From Magnetospiraceae bacterium (lineage in GTDB: Bacteria > Pseudomonadota > Alphaproteobacteria > Rhodospirillales > JBMYUJ01), in the NCBI GenBank assembly GCA_049605255.1, contig JBMYUJ010000001.1, forward strand, positions 25,486 through 89,485: DNA of 64,000 bases, written 5' to 3'. Under the pieces are notes generated by a model, which saw nothing but the letters and a program-made list of their open reading frames with translations, did not search any database and was not told the origin of the DNA. Both the position numbers and the translations under genes were made by a program. This document shows, piece by piece, positions 1 through 9,415 of this stretch; positions within the stretch are counted from its first letter, which is position 1, and each line of letters opens with the position of its first letter.

Positions 1-379
1 CGTGCTGAGCGTCTGATCCCGCTTGAATAATAGTTCCATTTTTGTTCCCCCCCTCATAGGCAGTATTGATTCCAGACCCGTTTACCGAGTAGGTCAAGAG
101 CCGTGTTGGTTTGCGCCTTTTTGTGCCGTCAGCGATGACGGTGCAAAAAGCGCAAAGGGGCGAAAACAGGGCTTTGGGGTAAAAACGTGGGGTGATGATG
201 CCGAGTCAGTCATGATGAGGCATGTCGTGGAAAGTGATTTGCCGGAAATGTTCCGGGGTGGACGGCTATGTTGATCTATGGATGCGGATCGGGAATCGAC
301 AAATATGGGGATACAGGTGGAACGTGTTGTATCCGCATCCTGTTCTCCATAAACTCGATCGAAAGCGAACTTCGGGAAA

Positions 380-1705
380 ATGCCAATGCGACGATTCATT
401 GCACTGCCGGTCGCGGGAGATTCCTTCCTCCTTCAGACTGGCGAGAAAACGATCATGGTTGACGGCGGATATGGATCGGGCACCTTGCAGCGCGCCCTAA
501 CAAAACATTTTCCGGAGATACAGTGGATCGACATTGCCGTTTGCACCCATGCCGATATCGACCATGCCGGCGGGTTCAAAGAGATATTGGAAAGGTGGAA
601 AAATACGCACACGGCGTCGGCCCCGCTGATACGGCAATTCTGGCTGCCTGGCGCTTGGCAGCCCGTGGTGCGTTCGGTTTTCGATGACCCGAGTAGACTG
701 GCCGATCAACTGGTTTCAGAACTCAAGGAAGTCGCCGAGGAACTCGACAAAGCGGAAACTGAAGAGCAGATCGACGAGCATTTGTTCGACAATCTGCTGG
801 CGCGACAACAGGAGAATCTAGCTAGCTTGCTGCGGGACCGAGAGCGCGATACGGAATGGGACCCGGAGGAAGATGAGCTTCGAGAATTCGATCCGGACCG
901 GGTGTCGGAACCCGCGTGGATGATCGTTCTCCGAGGCCGGGTTCGTGAAATCCTGGAACAAGATCCAGAGGCCCAAAAGGCACTCGAATCCGCCAAACGT
1001 CGCGTCCGTTACATACTCAAAAATCGCAGGATTGGAGAAGTCCTGGGCAACTACTGGCTCAACCTCATCAATACTGTTGACATTATCCGGGAGATCGCCC
1101 GTTCCGCCATCAAACACAATGTCAAGGTCCGCTGGTTCGATTATGGAGAATACGCAAAAACCGGCATAGCCTCGGGCGGCGAGCCCGGGTTGCTGATCCC
1201 AATCAATGCGGTTGAACAGTCGCAACCACCCTCACTGAATTTGATGATGTGCCAATATGTCAGGCTGACCGAACGAAACGAGCAAAGTCTTGTTTTCTAT
1301 GCGCCGAGCAGGCCCGATCGCGATTACAGCCCGTCCGTACTATTCTGCGGCGATTCCCCACTTGGGGCGGGCAATAAATACTCTGCGGCATTCCATTTGC
1401 CTCGATACAGAGGCCCCCGGCCATTGATTGCAACGGCACCGCACCACGGCTCGCAATCCAACGCCATGGGATATGGCTATGTACGCAACGCGGTATGGCA
1501 CGAGGAGATATTTTGGGTCCGTAGCGGAGGGAGTAAACGCCACCCTGGAAAAGCCTACAAGACGATTCCTTCCGATCACCGCGCCTGCACGAAGTGTCCG
1601 CCAATCAAGGGAATGCCCCGCAAACCGGTCGAGATCGTTTGCTCAGATCATCGATATCGCTGTCGCAGCCTGATCGTTCTTTGCAGCCATCGCTGCGATT
1701 GCTAA
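380..1705 (+). CDS. MBL-fold metallo-hydrolase (ComEC/Rec2-like) with acidic helical insertion
   Basis: VDGG, THADIDHAGG (HxDxDH), GDS and PHHGS motifs; Cys-rich C-terminus. Confidence 0.75.
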   Translation: MPMRRFIALPVAGDSFLLQTGEKTIMVDGGYGSGTLQRALTKHFPEIQWIDIAVCTHADIDHAGGFKEILERWKNTHTASAPLIRQFWLPGAWQPVVRSVFDDPSRLADQLVSELKEVAEELDKAETEEQIDEHLFDNLLARQQENLASLLRDRERDTEWDPEEDELREFDPDRVSEPAWMIVLRGRVREILEQDPEAQKALESAKRRVRYILKNRRIGEVLGNYWLNLINTVDIIREIARSAIKHNVKVRWFDYGEYAKTGIASGGEPGLLIPINAVEQSQPPSLNLMMCQYVRLTERNEQSLVFYAPSRPDRDYSPSVLFCGDSPLGAGNKYSAAFHLPRYRGPRPLIATAPHHGSQSNAMGYGYVRNAVWHEEIFWVRSGGSKRHPGKAYKTIPSDHRACTKCPPIKGMPRKPVEIVCSDHRYRCRSLIVLCSHRCDC

Positions 1706-1735
1706 GCGACTGACTAAAACCTCAGTCCCGGACCT

Positions 1736-1960
1736 TCATACGCCCATGCGTTGATAGGCGGCCGCGACTTCCTGGTCGCTGGCGAAACGGTCATGGGGAT
1801 CGGCGAGCCGGCGGGCAAGGTCCCGCAGTTGCGCCTCGCTCAGGTGGATGTCGTCCGGGTCCTGCGAGACCACGTCCAGCAACACCCGCGCCGCCTCGTC
1901 TTGGCGCGCCTCGGGGAGCTTCTTGGCCTGCGCGATGGCCTGTTCCAATAGCTTGGTCAT
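1736..1960 (-). CDS. Addiction-module antitoxin-like protein (orphan)
   Basis: 74 aa MTKLLEQAIAQAKKLPEARQDEAA...LSEAQ...ASDQEV pattern; followed by an ATGA-overlapped 5-codon stub MKVRD. Confidence 0.55.
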   Translation of the reverse strand: MTKLLEQAIAQAKKLPEARQDEAARVLLDVVSQDPDDIHLSEAQLRDLARRLADPHDRFASDQEVAAAYQRMGV

Positions 1961-2106
1961 GATGGCCCTAGGATACCACAAAATCCCGGCGGCGCCATCG
2001 AGGCCAACGTTTGCCAGAAACGCCAGCGTGAAACAGTGTGAGCTTCCATCGTCCCGATCCCTGGCTTAAGATCAACCTGTTGTTGCATCAGTGATGGAAG
2101 TCCAGT

Positions 2107-3306
2107 TTGAAACAGGCACTCTTCATAGCCATTCCGGCAACCATTGTGATCGCCCTGGCTGTTTTAGCTTGGAGCGTGTGGGATCTGGAATCCGGTGTTG
2201 GCAGCCTAGAAAAAGGTAAGAATGTAACGGTGGCATCACTCGGCGGTGGTGATGCAAAGCCAGGCATCCCCGTGGTCGGTGTCAACGGCGACCTTTTCAA
2301 TCCGACATCCAATGATGTTGTTCGCGCCTACGATGCGATTCTCGTTTCCGCCTTGGTTGATCCAGAGTACGAACGGGGAAAGTGGCGGATCGTTGAACAC
2401 AACTCCTTGCTGACCAGCTTCCTTAGGTACGTGGCAGAGGATCCGCAAGCCGAACCCATGCTCAGCATGATATGGAAACGCTTGAACCGCCTGGAGGATG
2501 AAGCCGGTCGCAAGGGAGTCTGCACCGCCTCGGTCACCACCGATGACAAACTTCGGATCAGGAACGGACGGGATATTCTCTATGAGCACTGCCGGCCCTT
2601 TATCGTCGAGACACCCGTCGACTCGGTGATTCGAAAGAGGGGAATTCGTCATGTCGCGATTCTTCCACTGTTCATTTCCCGCCATTCCGACTATTCGGAA
2701 GCATCACGAAAAAAGCTGGCCGCCAACGTCACACGCTCGGTTACCAGCGCGGTCAGGGATCTGGCGAGAATCCCTGAGGTGGAGAGCGTTGCCATCCCTG
2801 CTCTTGCCGGAACCGAGTTCCGTATCGACAGCTTCCTGTTCCTCACCTACCGGACAAGCTTTCACCATATCCTCGAGGGCTTGAAAGCGGCGATTCCGGG
2901 CACGGGTTTTCGGAACATCTATCTGGTGGCGTGGGAGGGGCTGTCGGATCCCGAGGCAAGTGCTGCGCTGTCGGGCCTGGTTCAAGCAGCGTTTGCGACC
3001 AAGACAGGCAAGGTAACAGGATGGGCTTTCGCCGTTACCCTGGCTGTAGTGTTTTTCCTGAATCTGTTTCTGCGATCCGGGACCTCGATCGGCGAAAGAA
3101 TTGCAAAGACATGGTTCCGGCTGCTCCTGTTTTTCTCATTTAACCTCGCAGTCTATATTGGCGCACCAGCAATCACTGGAAATGCCGCCGAGTGGTTTTG
3201 GTTGAATACCGGGTGGATGGGTTTTTCCGCCTGGATCTTTCTGTCGGCCGGTGTCGCGGCCCTCCTGGGCAGCGCTCTTGCCGCGAGCGAAGCCGTCGAC
3301 AAGTAG
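2107..3306 (+). CDS. Membrane protein with macro-domain-like soluble region
   Basis: N-terminal TM; VNGDLF, SVAIPALAG and IYLV macro-like motifs; about 3 C-terminal TM helices. Confidence 0.5.
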   Translation: MKQALFIAIPATIVIALAVLAWSVWDLESGVGSLEKGKNVTVASLGGGDAKPGIPVVGVNGDLFNPTSNDVVRAYDAILVSALVDPEYERGKWRIVEHNSLLTSFLRYVAEDPQAEPMLSMIWKRLNRLEDEAGRKGVCTASVTTDDKLRIRNGRDILYEHCRPFIVETPVDSVIRKRGIRHVAILPLFISRHSDYSEASRKKLAANVTRSVTSAVRDLARIPEVESVAIPALAGTEFRIDSFLFLTYRTSFHHILEGLKAAIPGTGFRNIYLVAWEGLSDPEASAALSGLVQAAFATKTGKVTGWAFAVTLAVVFFLNLFLRSGTSIGERIAKTWFRLLLFFSFNLAVYIGAPAITGNAAEWFWLNTGWMGFSAWIFLSAGVAALLGSALAASEAVDK

Positions 3307-3624
3307 ATTTGTGTGTGATTGAAAGTCGTTTTTTTTCGGAGCAAGGTATGGCAAATTGGAATCAGGTTTGTAAACGTATCGAAGATGAGCTGTCGTTTAT
3401 CGAGAGCGTCCGTCTTATTTGGGCGAGCCAGCGGCTCACTGTTTTCCGGAACGACACGACCGACGCTCTGTCGAGCGCAGGTGATCTGTAGTAATCGCTA
3501 CGTATACCTTTACGATCGATGATGGTACTTGTGCGGAGCGCGTCGAGTAATTCCCTTTATCGAAAAACCAAATTTCGCAAGTTGTACTCTTCACCGCACC
3601 GGAATTTCACTCCTAAATATCACG

Positions 3625-5574
3625 TTAACGCAAAACGGTCGTAGCAACGCGGAAACCAGTTGTGCCGACATCGACTTTGCGGCTGGCTGATCGCCAGTTT
3701 CGGTTCGCGGCGCGGATATCTCGGGGAATGTTAAACCAAGAGCCTCCCCGCATGATGTGACTAGAGCATTTACCGGTCTTACGTGCGCTACCGTCAGTTA
3801 GCTTCCCAGCGTAATTTTGGCTATAGCAGTCCTCGACCCATTCCCAAACGTTACCATGCATATCATGTACACCGAAAGAGTTCGCGAGTTTTGTTCCTAC
3901 AGGATGAGTCTTTTTCCCGCTATTACGATCGTACCAAGCAACACTTTCCAAGCACCGATCGGCGTTCCCGCACGAGTATTTAAAGTGCGTATACCCTCTG
4001 GCTACATACTCCCATTCTGATTCACTCAATAGGCGATATTGCTGGCCAGTACGCTGGCTAAGTTTTTGCACAAACGATTGCGCGTCATCCCATGAGACAT
4101 TTTCAACAGGATTTTGGTCATGTTTGAACCGACTCGGGTTATTTCCCATCACTGCGCGCCATTCAGCCTGCGTGACCTCAAACTTACCTACCGCGAACGC
4201 ATAATCAATTGTAACTAGATGTGTGGGCTTTTCGCTGCTATGCCCGCCTCCAAAATTGTCACCCATACGAAATTGTCCAGACGGAATAATGACCATTTCA
4301 GGGCAACCTGCGCAGTCTCTGAATACCGAACCTGGAGCGCCCTTAGCGAAGTTCACGGCAACAGGCTCTGAATTTGCTCGCTTTTCTTGCAGCAGCTCCC
4401 CATGCACAAACCCCACCACTCCACCAGCCAGCGATACGCGATACCAGCCAGACTCCCGGTCTTGCCCCGTAACCTCAACCTTGTCACCGGTATCGAGAAC
4501 AAAGATTTTACTATGGTTGGCGCCGGGACCGGTCCGCACATTTACTTTGCCAGAGCTCCGCACATACATGGTTTTCGAAAATGCCTGGATACCGGATGTT
4601 TCGGGCGGTGGCTCCCCTGTCGCAGAAGGCATGGGCTTAGGTGTGGGGGCCGGCGTCAACGCCGTTAATTTCAGCTTTGCCGCGCTCGCGTAGCGACCCG
4701 TTGGGTAGTCCTTCAGGTACGCTTCAAAGGCTGCCTTCGTCCCGAGACCTTCTGCAGTCTGCCACAAGACCGTCTCCGGGTCTGGTCCCGCTGGCGGTTC
4801 CACTGTAACCTTCGACCCTTTGGGCACGAAATAGAAGTCGTGCGGTACCGACCCCTCGCGCCATGGCCGCTGGTTGCCTTTGGTATCGGCTAGCACTTTC
4901 GCGGTAGTCCGCTTAAACACCTGCTCCAAGGTGAGCCCTGGCTTATCCATGTAGGCAAGCAGCGCGCGCGTAAAGATGCCGTTGCCCCCCTCAGGGCCAT
5001 CTTGCGCAACCTGCCCGGGAGCCGCCGCATACACAACAATTATGCTCTGCTCATTGCCCTTCATTTCGAGGGTGCGCAGCCCCTTGGCCGCAGATCGGGT
5101 GCGCTTGGGCAGAGGATTGTCGCGGCAGGCATCGAGGATCAAGATATTGGTGGGGGTTTCTGTATACTGCATGGAGGACAGAAGCTCCTGGGCATTAACA
5201 CCCCATGCTTGTAGGTCAGACTCCACTAGGATGTTGCTGTCCGATGGTATCAACCAATTCGTGCCCCGGCCATCTTGGATGCCGTGCCCGGCATAGTAGA
5301 CCAAGGCCACCTGGGCATCGTGCAATTCGTTCTCGAACTCGGTTTTGCGGCGGAAGAAGGTGGTGCGGTCGACGTTGATCCCGTTAATCACCTTGAACCC
5401 AATCGCCTTGAGTTTCTTGGTGACGGCCCGGGCGTCGTTGCCAGCGTTGCTCAAACTCGGCAGCGTTTTGTAGGTATCGTTCCCGATCACCAATGCCACC
5501 CGCTTCTCGGCCTGGGCAACACTTCCAGTGGCCGTGATCAAGACCAGGACGAACAGTAACAGCTTGACACGCAC
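3625..5574 (-). CDS. Secreted caspase-like (peptidase C14) + SH3b + FGE-sulfatase domain protein
   Basis: Signal peptide, RVALVIGN, YYAGHG/ILDACR dyad, VNVRTGPG (SH3b), DMHGNVWEWVED and GFRVA (FGE); GTG start chosen from GAGGGG SD. Confidence 0.85.
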   Translation of the reverse strand: MRVKLLLFVLVLITATGSVAQAEKRVALVIGNDTYKTLPSLSNAGNDARAVTKKLKAIGFKVINGINVDRTTFFRRKTEFENELHDAQVALVYYAGHGIQDGRGTNWLIPSDSNILVESDLQAWGVNAQELLSSMQYTETPTNILILDACRDNPLPKRTRSAAKGLRTLEMKGNEQSIIVVYAAAPGQVAQDGPEGGNGIFTRALLAYMDKPGLTLEQVFKRTTAKVLADTKGNQRPWREGSVPHDFYFVPKGSKVTVEPPAGPDPETVLWQTAEGLGTKAAFEAYLKDYPTGRYASAAKLKLTALTPAPTPKPMPSATGEPPPETSGIQAFSKTMYVRSSGKVNVRTGPGANHSKIFVLDTGDKVEVTGQDRESGWYRVSLAGGVVGFVHGELLQEKRANSEPVAVNFAKGAPGSVFRDCAGCPEMVIIPSGQFRMGDNFGGGHSSEKPTHLVTIDYAFAVGKFEVTQAEWRAVMGNNPSRFKHDQNPVENVSWDDAQSFVQKLSQRTGQQYRLLSESEWEYVARGYTHFKYSCGNADRCLESVAWYDRNSGKKTHPVGTKLANSFGVHDMHGNVWEWVEDCYSQNYAGKLTDGSARKTGKCSSHIMRGGSWFNIPRDIRAANRNWRSASRKVDVGTTGFRVATTVLR

Positions 5575-5576
5575 CG

Positions 5577-5894
5577 CTAATATCCCCTCGCGCAACTCGC
5601 GTATGGGGCCGATACTAACCTTACAATCGGCTCAAAGTCTATGAGGCGGTTCACATTCGCGGGATCTGTCAACTGGAAGTAAATTGCATGCGAACCGCAG
5701 ACGCTTCGGCGGTAGCGTTGGCGGATGTAATCCACGGCGGGAAAATGCTGCGGGTTTTCTGCGATTTCCTGGAAACGCTTTTTCAGCTTGTCGCGGTAGC
5801 GTTCCGATTGCGCGGCGCCGAAATGCTCCAGGCCGTAGAGGGCGATATTCAGCAGGTCCTGTTCCGCCCTCGGGGAGAGGACGTAGTCAGCCAC
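5577..5894 (-). CDS. parE: ParE/RelE-family toxin, C-terminus probably disrupted
   Basis: MADYVLSPRAEQDL...FG..Q..RY...YRRSVCGSHAIYF; sequence departs from the family pattern afterwards. Confidence 0.75.
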   Translation of the reverse strand: MADYVLSPRAEQDLLNIALYGLEHFGAAQSERYRDKLKKRFQEIAENPQHFPAVDYIRQRYRRSVCGSHAIYFQLTDPANVNRLIDFEPIVRLVSAPYASCARGY

Positions 5895-6165
5895 GACCGG
5901 CCCTGAAGCGCGCGCTGGCTTCCTGCCAGATGTCGTCGATGGATTTGTCGCTGTATCCGTTTTGCTTGACGCTTTGTTCGGCCTCGATCAGCGCGGCGCG
6001 GATGGCCTCTATTTCCGCCGGGGTTTCCTGCTCGCGCGATTGGCGTTCGCGGATCAGGTCGCGGATGACCTCGCTCTCGTTGCCATAGCGCCCGGTTTCG
6101 ATCTGCGCCTTGATCCAGCTGTTTTGCTGGTCCGTCACGGAGATGCTTTTCTTGACCATGCCCAT
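5887..6165 (-). CDS. parD: ParD-family antitoxin
   Basis: KKSISVTDQQ..WIKAQIETGRYGNESEVIRDLIR RHH motif; overlaps parE start. Confidence 0.85.
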   Translation of the reverse strand: MGMVKKSISVTDQQNSWIKAQIETGRYGNESEVIRDLIRERQSREQETPAEIEAIRAALIEAEQSVKQNGYSDKSIDDIWQEASARFRAGRG

Positions 6166-6252
6166 GGGGGCCTCCCAGGAAACGGATGGGAAATTGTCCT
6201 ACTCAGTAGGATATATTGCTCTGAACTCGGCGGGCAAGGTTTTTCACCGATC

Positions 6253-6280
6253 AAAGAAAACCCCGCCATGGCGGCGGGGT
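6253..6280 (-). terminator. Intrinsic terminator
   Basis: ACCCCGCC-GCCAT-GGCGGGGT followed by TTTCTTT on the minus strand. Confidence 0.7.
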
Positions 6281-6288
6281 GAAGTTGG

Positions 6289-6552
6289 TTATTCGCTCGG
6301 CTCCTTGTCGAAATCGGGAACGATGAGGATGCCTTGGGCATCCGAGGGATCGTAGATCGTGACCGTCCTGTTTTTCCGGTCACGGACGGCGATGGTCAGG
6401 TTATTGGGTCGTGCGTGGCCATAAATCCGCGCCCGGGTGTCCATTTCGATGTACGTCTCGACCGTCGCCTTCATGAGCTTGAGAAGAACATCGCGGTCCA
6501 CCGGTATGGAACGGGACCGAACCGGCGGATTCTTGAGTTCCTTGTCGGACAT
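6289..6552 (-). CDS. Hypothetical protein
   Basis: 87 aa ORF with GGGAGG SD, ends at a terminator. Confidence 0.6.
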   Translation of the reverse strand: MSDKELKNPPVRSRSIPVDRDVLLKLMKATVETYIEMDTRARIYGHARPNNLTIAVRDRKNRTVTIYDPSDAQGILIVPDFDKEPSE

Positions 6553-6576
6553 GTCGCGTCCTCCCTCGCCGCGCCA

Positions 6577-6936
6577 TCAGTACTCCGCCGCCAACATGAC
6601 CGTCAGGACGCGGGTGGTCTTGGCGGGATCGGCGGGGTCTTCGGAACCCCAGGTCATGGTCTTGTCGTAGTAGTCGATTTTCCAAATGATCTTGTGGTCC
6701 TCGACCTTCATGACGGCACAATCGTGTTCGCCGTAGGGGTCGTTGTCCCCGTTGAAGTCATTGAACCGGGCGACCGCCGTCAGGATGCGGGTCTGGATTC
6801 CCAGGTCCAGGGCAGCGATGCCGCTGGTGAGCATGACCTTGCCGCCCTGGTGGTGATAGCGCAGCCGGTCGTTGAGGGTGCGGATACGTTCCGCGCGCTG
6901 TTTGTCGTCCATTGCAGTCCTCCTGCGTTTTGCCAC
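6577..6936 (-). CDS. DUF3768 family protein
   Basis: IRTLNDRLR, NDPYGEHD, WKIDYYD, SEDPADP..T.RVLTVMLA.EY; real start probably near 6912. Confidence 0.85.
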   Translation of the reverse strand: MAKRRRTAMDDKQRAERIRTLNDRLRYHHQGGKVMLTSGIAALDLGIQTRILTAVARFNDFNGDNDPYGEHDCAVMKVEDHKIIWKIDYYDKTMTWGSEDPADPAKTTRVLTVMLAAEY

Positions 6937-6981
6937 GCTCGACCCATTCGAGCGCGGCAGTCGGAGGAGGACGGCGGGGGA

Positions 6982-7485
6982 TCACATTTCCTGGCTCTTG
7001 TAGTAGGCGAGGGCGTAGCCGGCGGCCTCGAACATGGCCATGCGGAATCGTTCCGGGTCCCAGGGGTGGCGCTTCGTAGGCGCGCGGCCCAGTTCCGGGA
7101 GCTGCTGGAGGATGACGCTGGCGATCTTGTCCTTGTTGACCTTGCCGTCGATGTAAAAGAACCGGTTGGCCACCGCGCGGGCGACGAAGCGAACCTCTAT
7201 GGACCGAAGACTGGCCTGTTTCTCGACGCGCTTGATCAGCGCCTTGGATGTATCACCCTTGCGGCAACTCTTGTCCTTGGGGTTCTCCAGGATCAGCACG
7301 TCGGGCAGAAACCAGGCGATCTTGTCGGCAATCATATCGATGACCGCCTGCTCGGACTTGCCCCGCAAATCCATGACGCCCCAGTCGATGGCGAAATGCG
7401 GGCCTTCGAGCACCACAAACCCCACTCGGCCCGAGGCCATGGACAGCGCCATGACGCGCTCGAACCCATTACTCACTTGAGTCAT
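6982..7485 (-). CDS. RuvC/RNase H-like fold protein with degenerate first catalytic motif
   Basis: VMALSMASGRVGFVVLEG...DWG...PDVLILE...NKDKIA...FEAAGYAL matches RuvC layout. Confidence 0.5.
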   Translation of the reverse strand: MTQVSNGFERVMALSMASGRVGFVVLEGPHFAIDWGVMDLRGKSEQAVIDMIADKIAWFLPDVLILENPKDKSCRKGDTSKALIKRVEKQASLRSIEVRFVARAVANRFFYIDGKVNKDKIASVILQQLPELGRAPTKRHPWDPERFRMAMFEAAGYALAYYKSQEM

Positions 7486-7759
7486 AGGATGGTATTGAAT
7501 CTGATAATCGGTGTTGGCGGGCGCGGGTGGCCACATTGGCCCTGGCCTCTTCCATGACACCGGGGAAAATGCGATCCGCCGGCACGCCGAAAACCGCCTG
7601 ACAGCCGAAAGCCACCTCCAGCGACGGCATGCGCCGCCGCCTCTCAAGTTTTGATATGGCGGTATCCTGCGGCAAACCGAGCAAATGGGCCAACTGCCAT
7701 TGAGTCAGCCCAGCCCGCTTGCGGTAGGTCCGTAAGTAACATGGAAGCGTCTTCGACAT
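7469..7759 (-). CDS. XRE-family HTH regulator
   Basis: LRTYRKRAGLTQWQLAHLLG...ISKLERRRRMPSLE. Confidence 0.85.
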   Translation of the reverse strand: MSKTLPCYLRTYRKRAGLTQWQLAHLLGLPQDTAISKLERRRRMPSLEVAFGCQAVFGVPADRIFPGVMEEARANVATRARQHRLSDSIPSYDSSE

Positions 7760-7938
7760 AAGACGAGAAAACGGATGTCGGCGGCCAGCGCCCGGCCAAC
7801 ATCACGAAGGATACGGGAATTGCTTTTCCGCAAAAGACCGAGAAACCTGCCCCCACAAGCAAGTTTAAAGGACTGGTTGACAGACAGAGGATATCATGGC
7901 GTAGGAAACTGACAATAGGCTGAAGCGGAACTTACGAG

Positions 7939-9342
7939 ATGACAAAGGCTCTAAGCCAGGCCCGTTTCGATCTTTACGCTCTTGGGACGCGTCAATCTAT
8001 GACTCGGCTCTACTCGGAGGAGCTGTCCTATTGGTCTGATTTGGATGAGACTGTTATTGGCGCTGTGATCAGAGACCTGGTCGACGATGATTTTGGCTGG
8101 GTGATGCTTGCGCGGGACCGGGTTGGGCGTTTTCGAGCAATCAAGATCGAAACTGACTTTTCTACGGAACGACAGGCAATGGCGCAGCTACGCTTAGCGA
8201 TCGCCGACACCGTTAAAAGCGAGAACGTTACCGAAGCGGCGGTGCAGGGAGATGAGCCCAATGCCCCTTATGACCTGCTGACCGTTGGGGCTGAAGTTAA
8301 CCCCGAATCGCTTCATCCATATTTCAAAGAGCTTGTAGAGCGCCCCGGCCGCGCACCCGCCAGGGCAGTTGTGCGCGAAATCGGGCCTTGGTTGGCGCCG
8401 AGTGATCCGCATTTTGTTAAGGAGTTTCAACAGAATCAGTTTGATCAACGTCTATGGGAACTTTTCCTATGGGCGGCATTCCGGGAACTCGGATTTGATG
8501 TCGAACAACTTGAAGCACCGGATTTCGGTTGTTTCGCCCCGGCGATTTCGTTCACTGTAGAGGCCACCACAGCAGCTCCATCAACCATGGGGCCTCTTGC
8601 CTCCCATCCTGAGCCAAAGACACCTGAGGAACGAGCTGAATTCCTCTCGGGCTATATGCCGATGAAGTACGGGTCGAGCTTGGTAAGCAAGATTCGGAAA
8701 ACGAACAAGGACGGCAAGCATTACTGGGAACTTGATCCCGCTTCAGATAAGCCTTTTATCCTTGCTATTGCGGATTTCCACAAGCCGGCCGAAAAAGGGG
8801 AAATCGGCTCGATGGTCTATACCCAATCCGCGTTGTGGTTGTACCTCTATGGCCGTCGACTGACTTGGGAGGATCGTGATGGTCATCCAGTATTGGTACC
8901 CACAAAGGCTGCAACACATGTGTACAGGGAAAAGGTAATTCCTTCGGGCTTCTTCGATCAGCCTGGCGCGGAGCATGTTTCAGCAGTTCTGTTTTCCAAC
9001 GCGGGGACGATAGCGAAATTAGACCGCATGGGCGTAGTTGCTGGTTTTGGCGCAGATAAACATCACTACTATCGTGTCGGGCAGATGCATAATCCTGATC
9101 CGAACGCGGTGATGGGAACACCATTCTCAGTGAATATTTCCGAACCTGAGTACATGGAATTCTGGTCCGATGAACTTCAGATTTTCCACAACCCAAACGC
9201 CGTGAGACCATTACCAACTGAATGGTTTGGCGGGATAGCACAGCATTTCTTCCTGGATGGAAATCTTTACTCGGATTACCCGGACGGTCATGTTTTATCG
9301 TCATACACCATGCTCATGCAGTTGAAGGAAGGCCGAGATTAA
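7939..9342 (+). CDS. Hypothetical protein, putative PD-(D/E)xK-like nuclease
   Basis: 467 aa, lower GC; FDQRLWEL...APDF...TVEATT motif. Confidence 0.5.
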   Translation: MTKALSQARFDLYALGTRQSMTRLYSEELSYWSDLDETVIGAVIRDLVDDDFGWVMLARDRVGRFRAIKIETDFSTERQAMAQLRLAIADTVKSENVTEAAVQGDEPNAPYDLLTVGAEVNPESLHPYFKELVERPGRAPARAVVREIGPWLAPSDPHFVKEFQQNQFDQRLWELFLWAAFRELGFDVEQLEAPDFGCFAPAISFTVEATTAAPSTMGPLASHPEPKTPEERAEFLSGYMPMKYGSSLVSKIRKTNKDGKHYWELDPASDKPFILAIADFHKPAEKGEIGSMVYTQSALWLYLYGRRLTWEDRDGHPVLVPTKAATHVYREKVIPSGFFDQPGAEHVSAVLFSNAGTIAKLDRMGVVAGFGADKHHYYRVGQMHNPDPNAVMGTPFSVNISEPEYMEFWSDELQIFHNPNAVRPLPTEWFGGIAQHFFLDGNLYSDYPDGHVLSSYTMLMQLKEGRD

Positions 9343-9415
9343 GAGTTGGTGGACATTGGGGACTCCAGACAGCAAACGTGGCATCAGTTTTCCAAGCCGC
9401 TACCTCCGATGACGG

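Noticed and set aside
3625-3800. FGE/C-type-lectin C-terminus as a diversity-generating retroelement target
   Set aside because: No reverse transcriptase and no template repeat differing at adenines was seen in the window.
6334-7557. 407-aa plus-strand ORF, and other long opposite-strand ORFs such as 26625-27707, 49805-51073 and 57243-58685
   Set aside because: Shadow frames of recognisable high-GC genes, without SDs or coupled junctions, unlike the three early-operon bridging ORFs.
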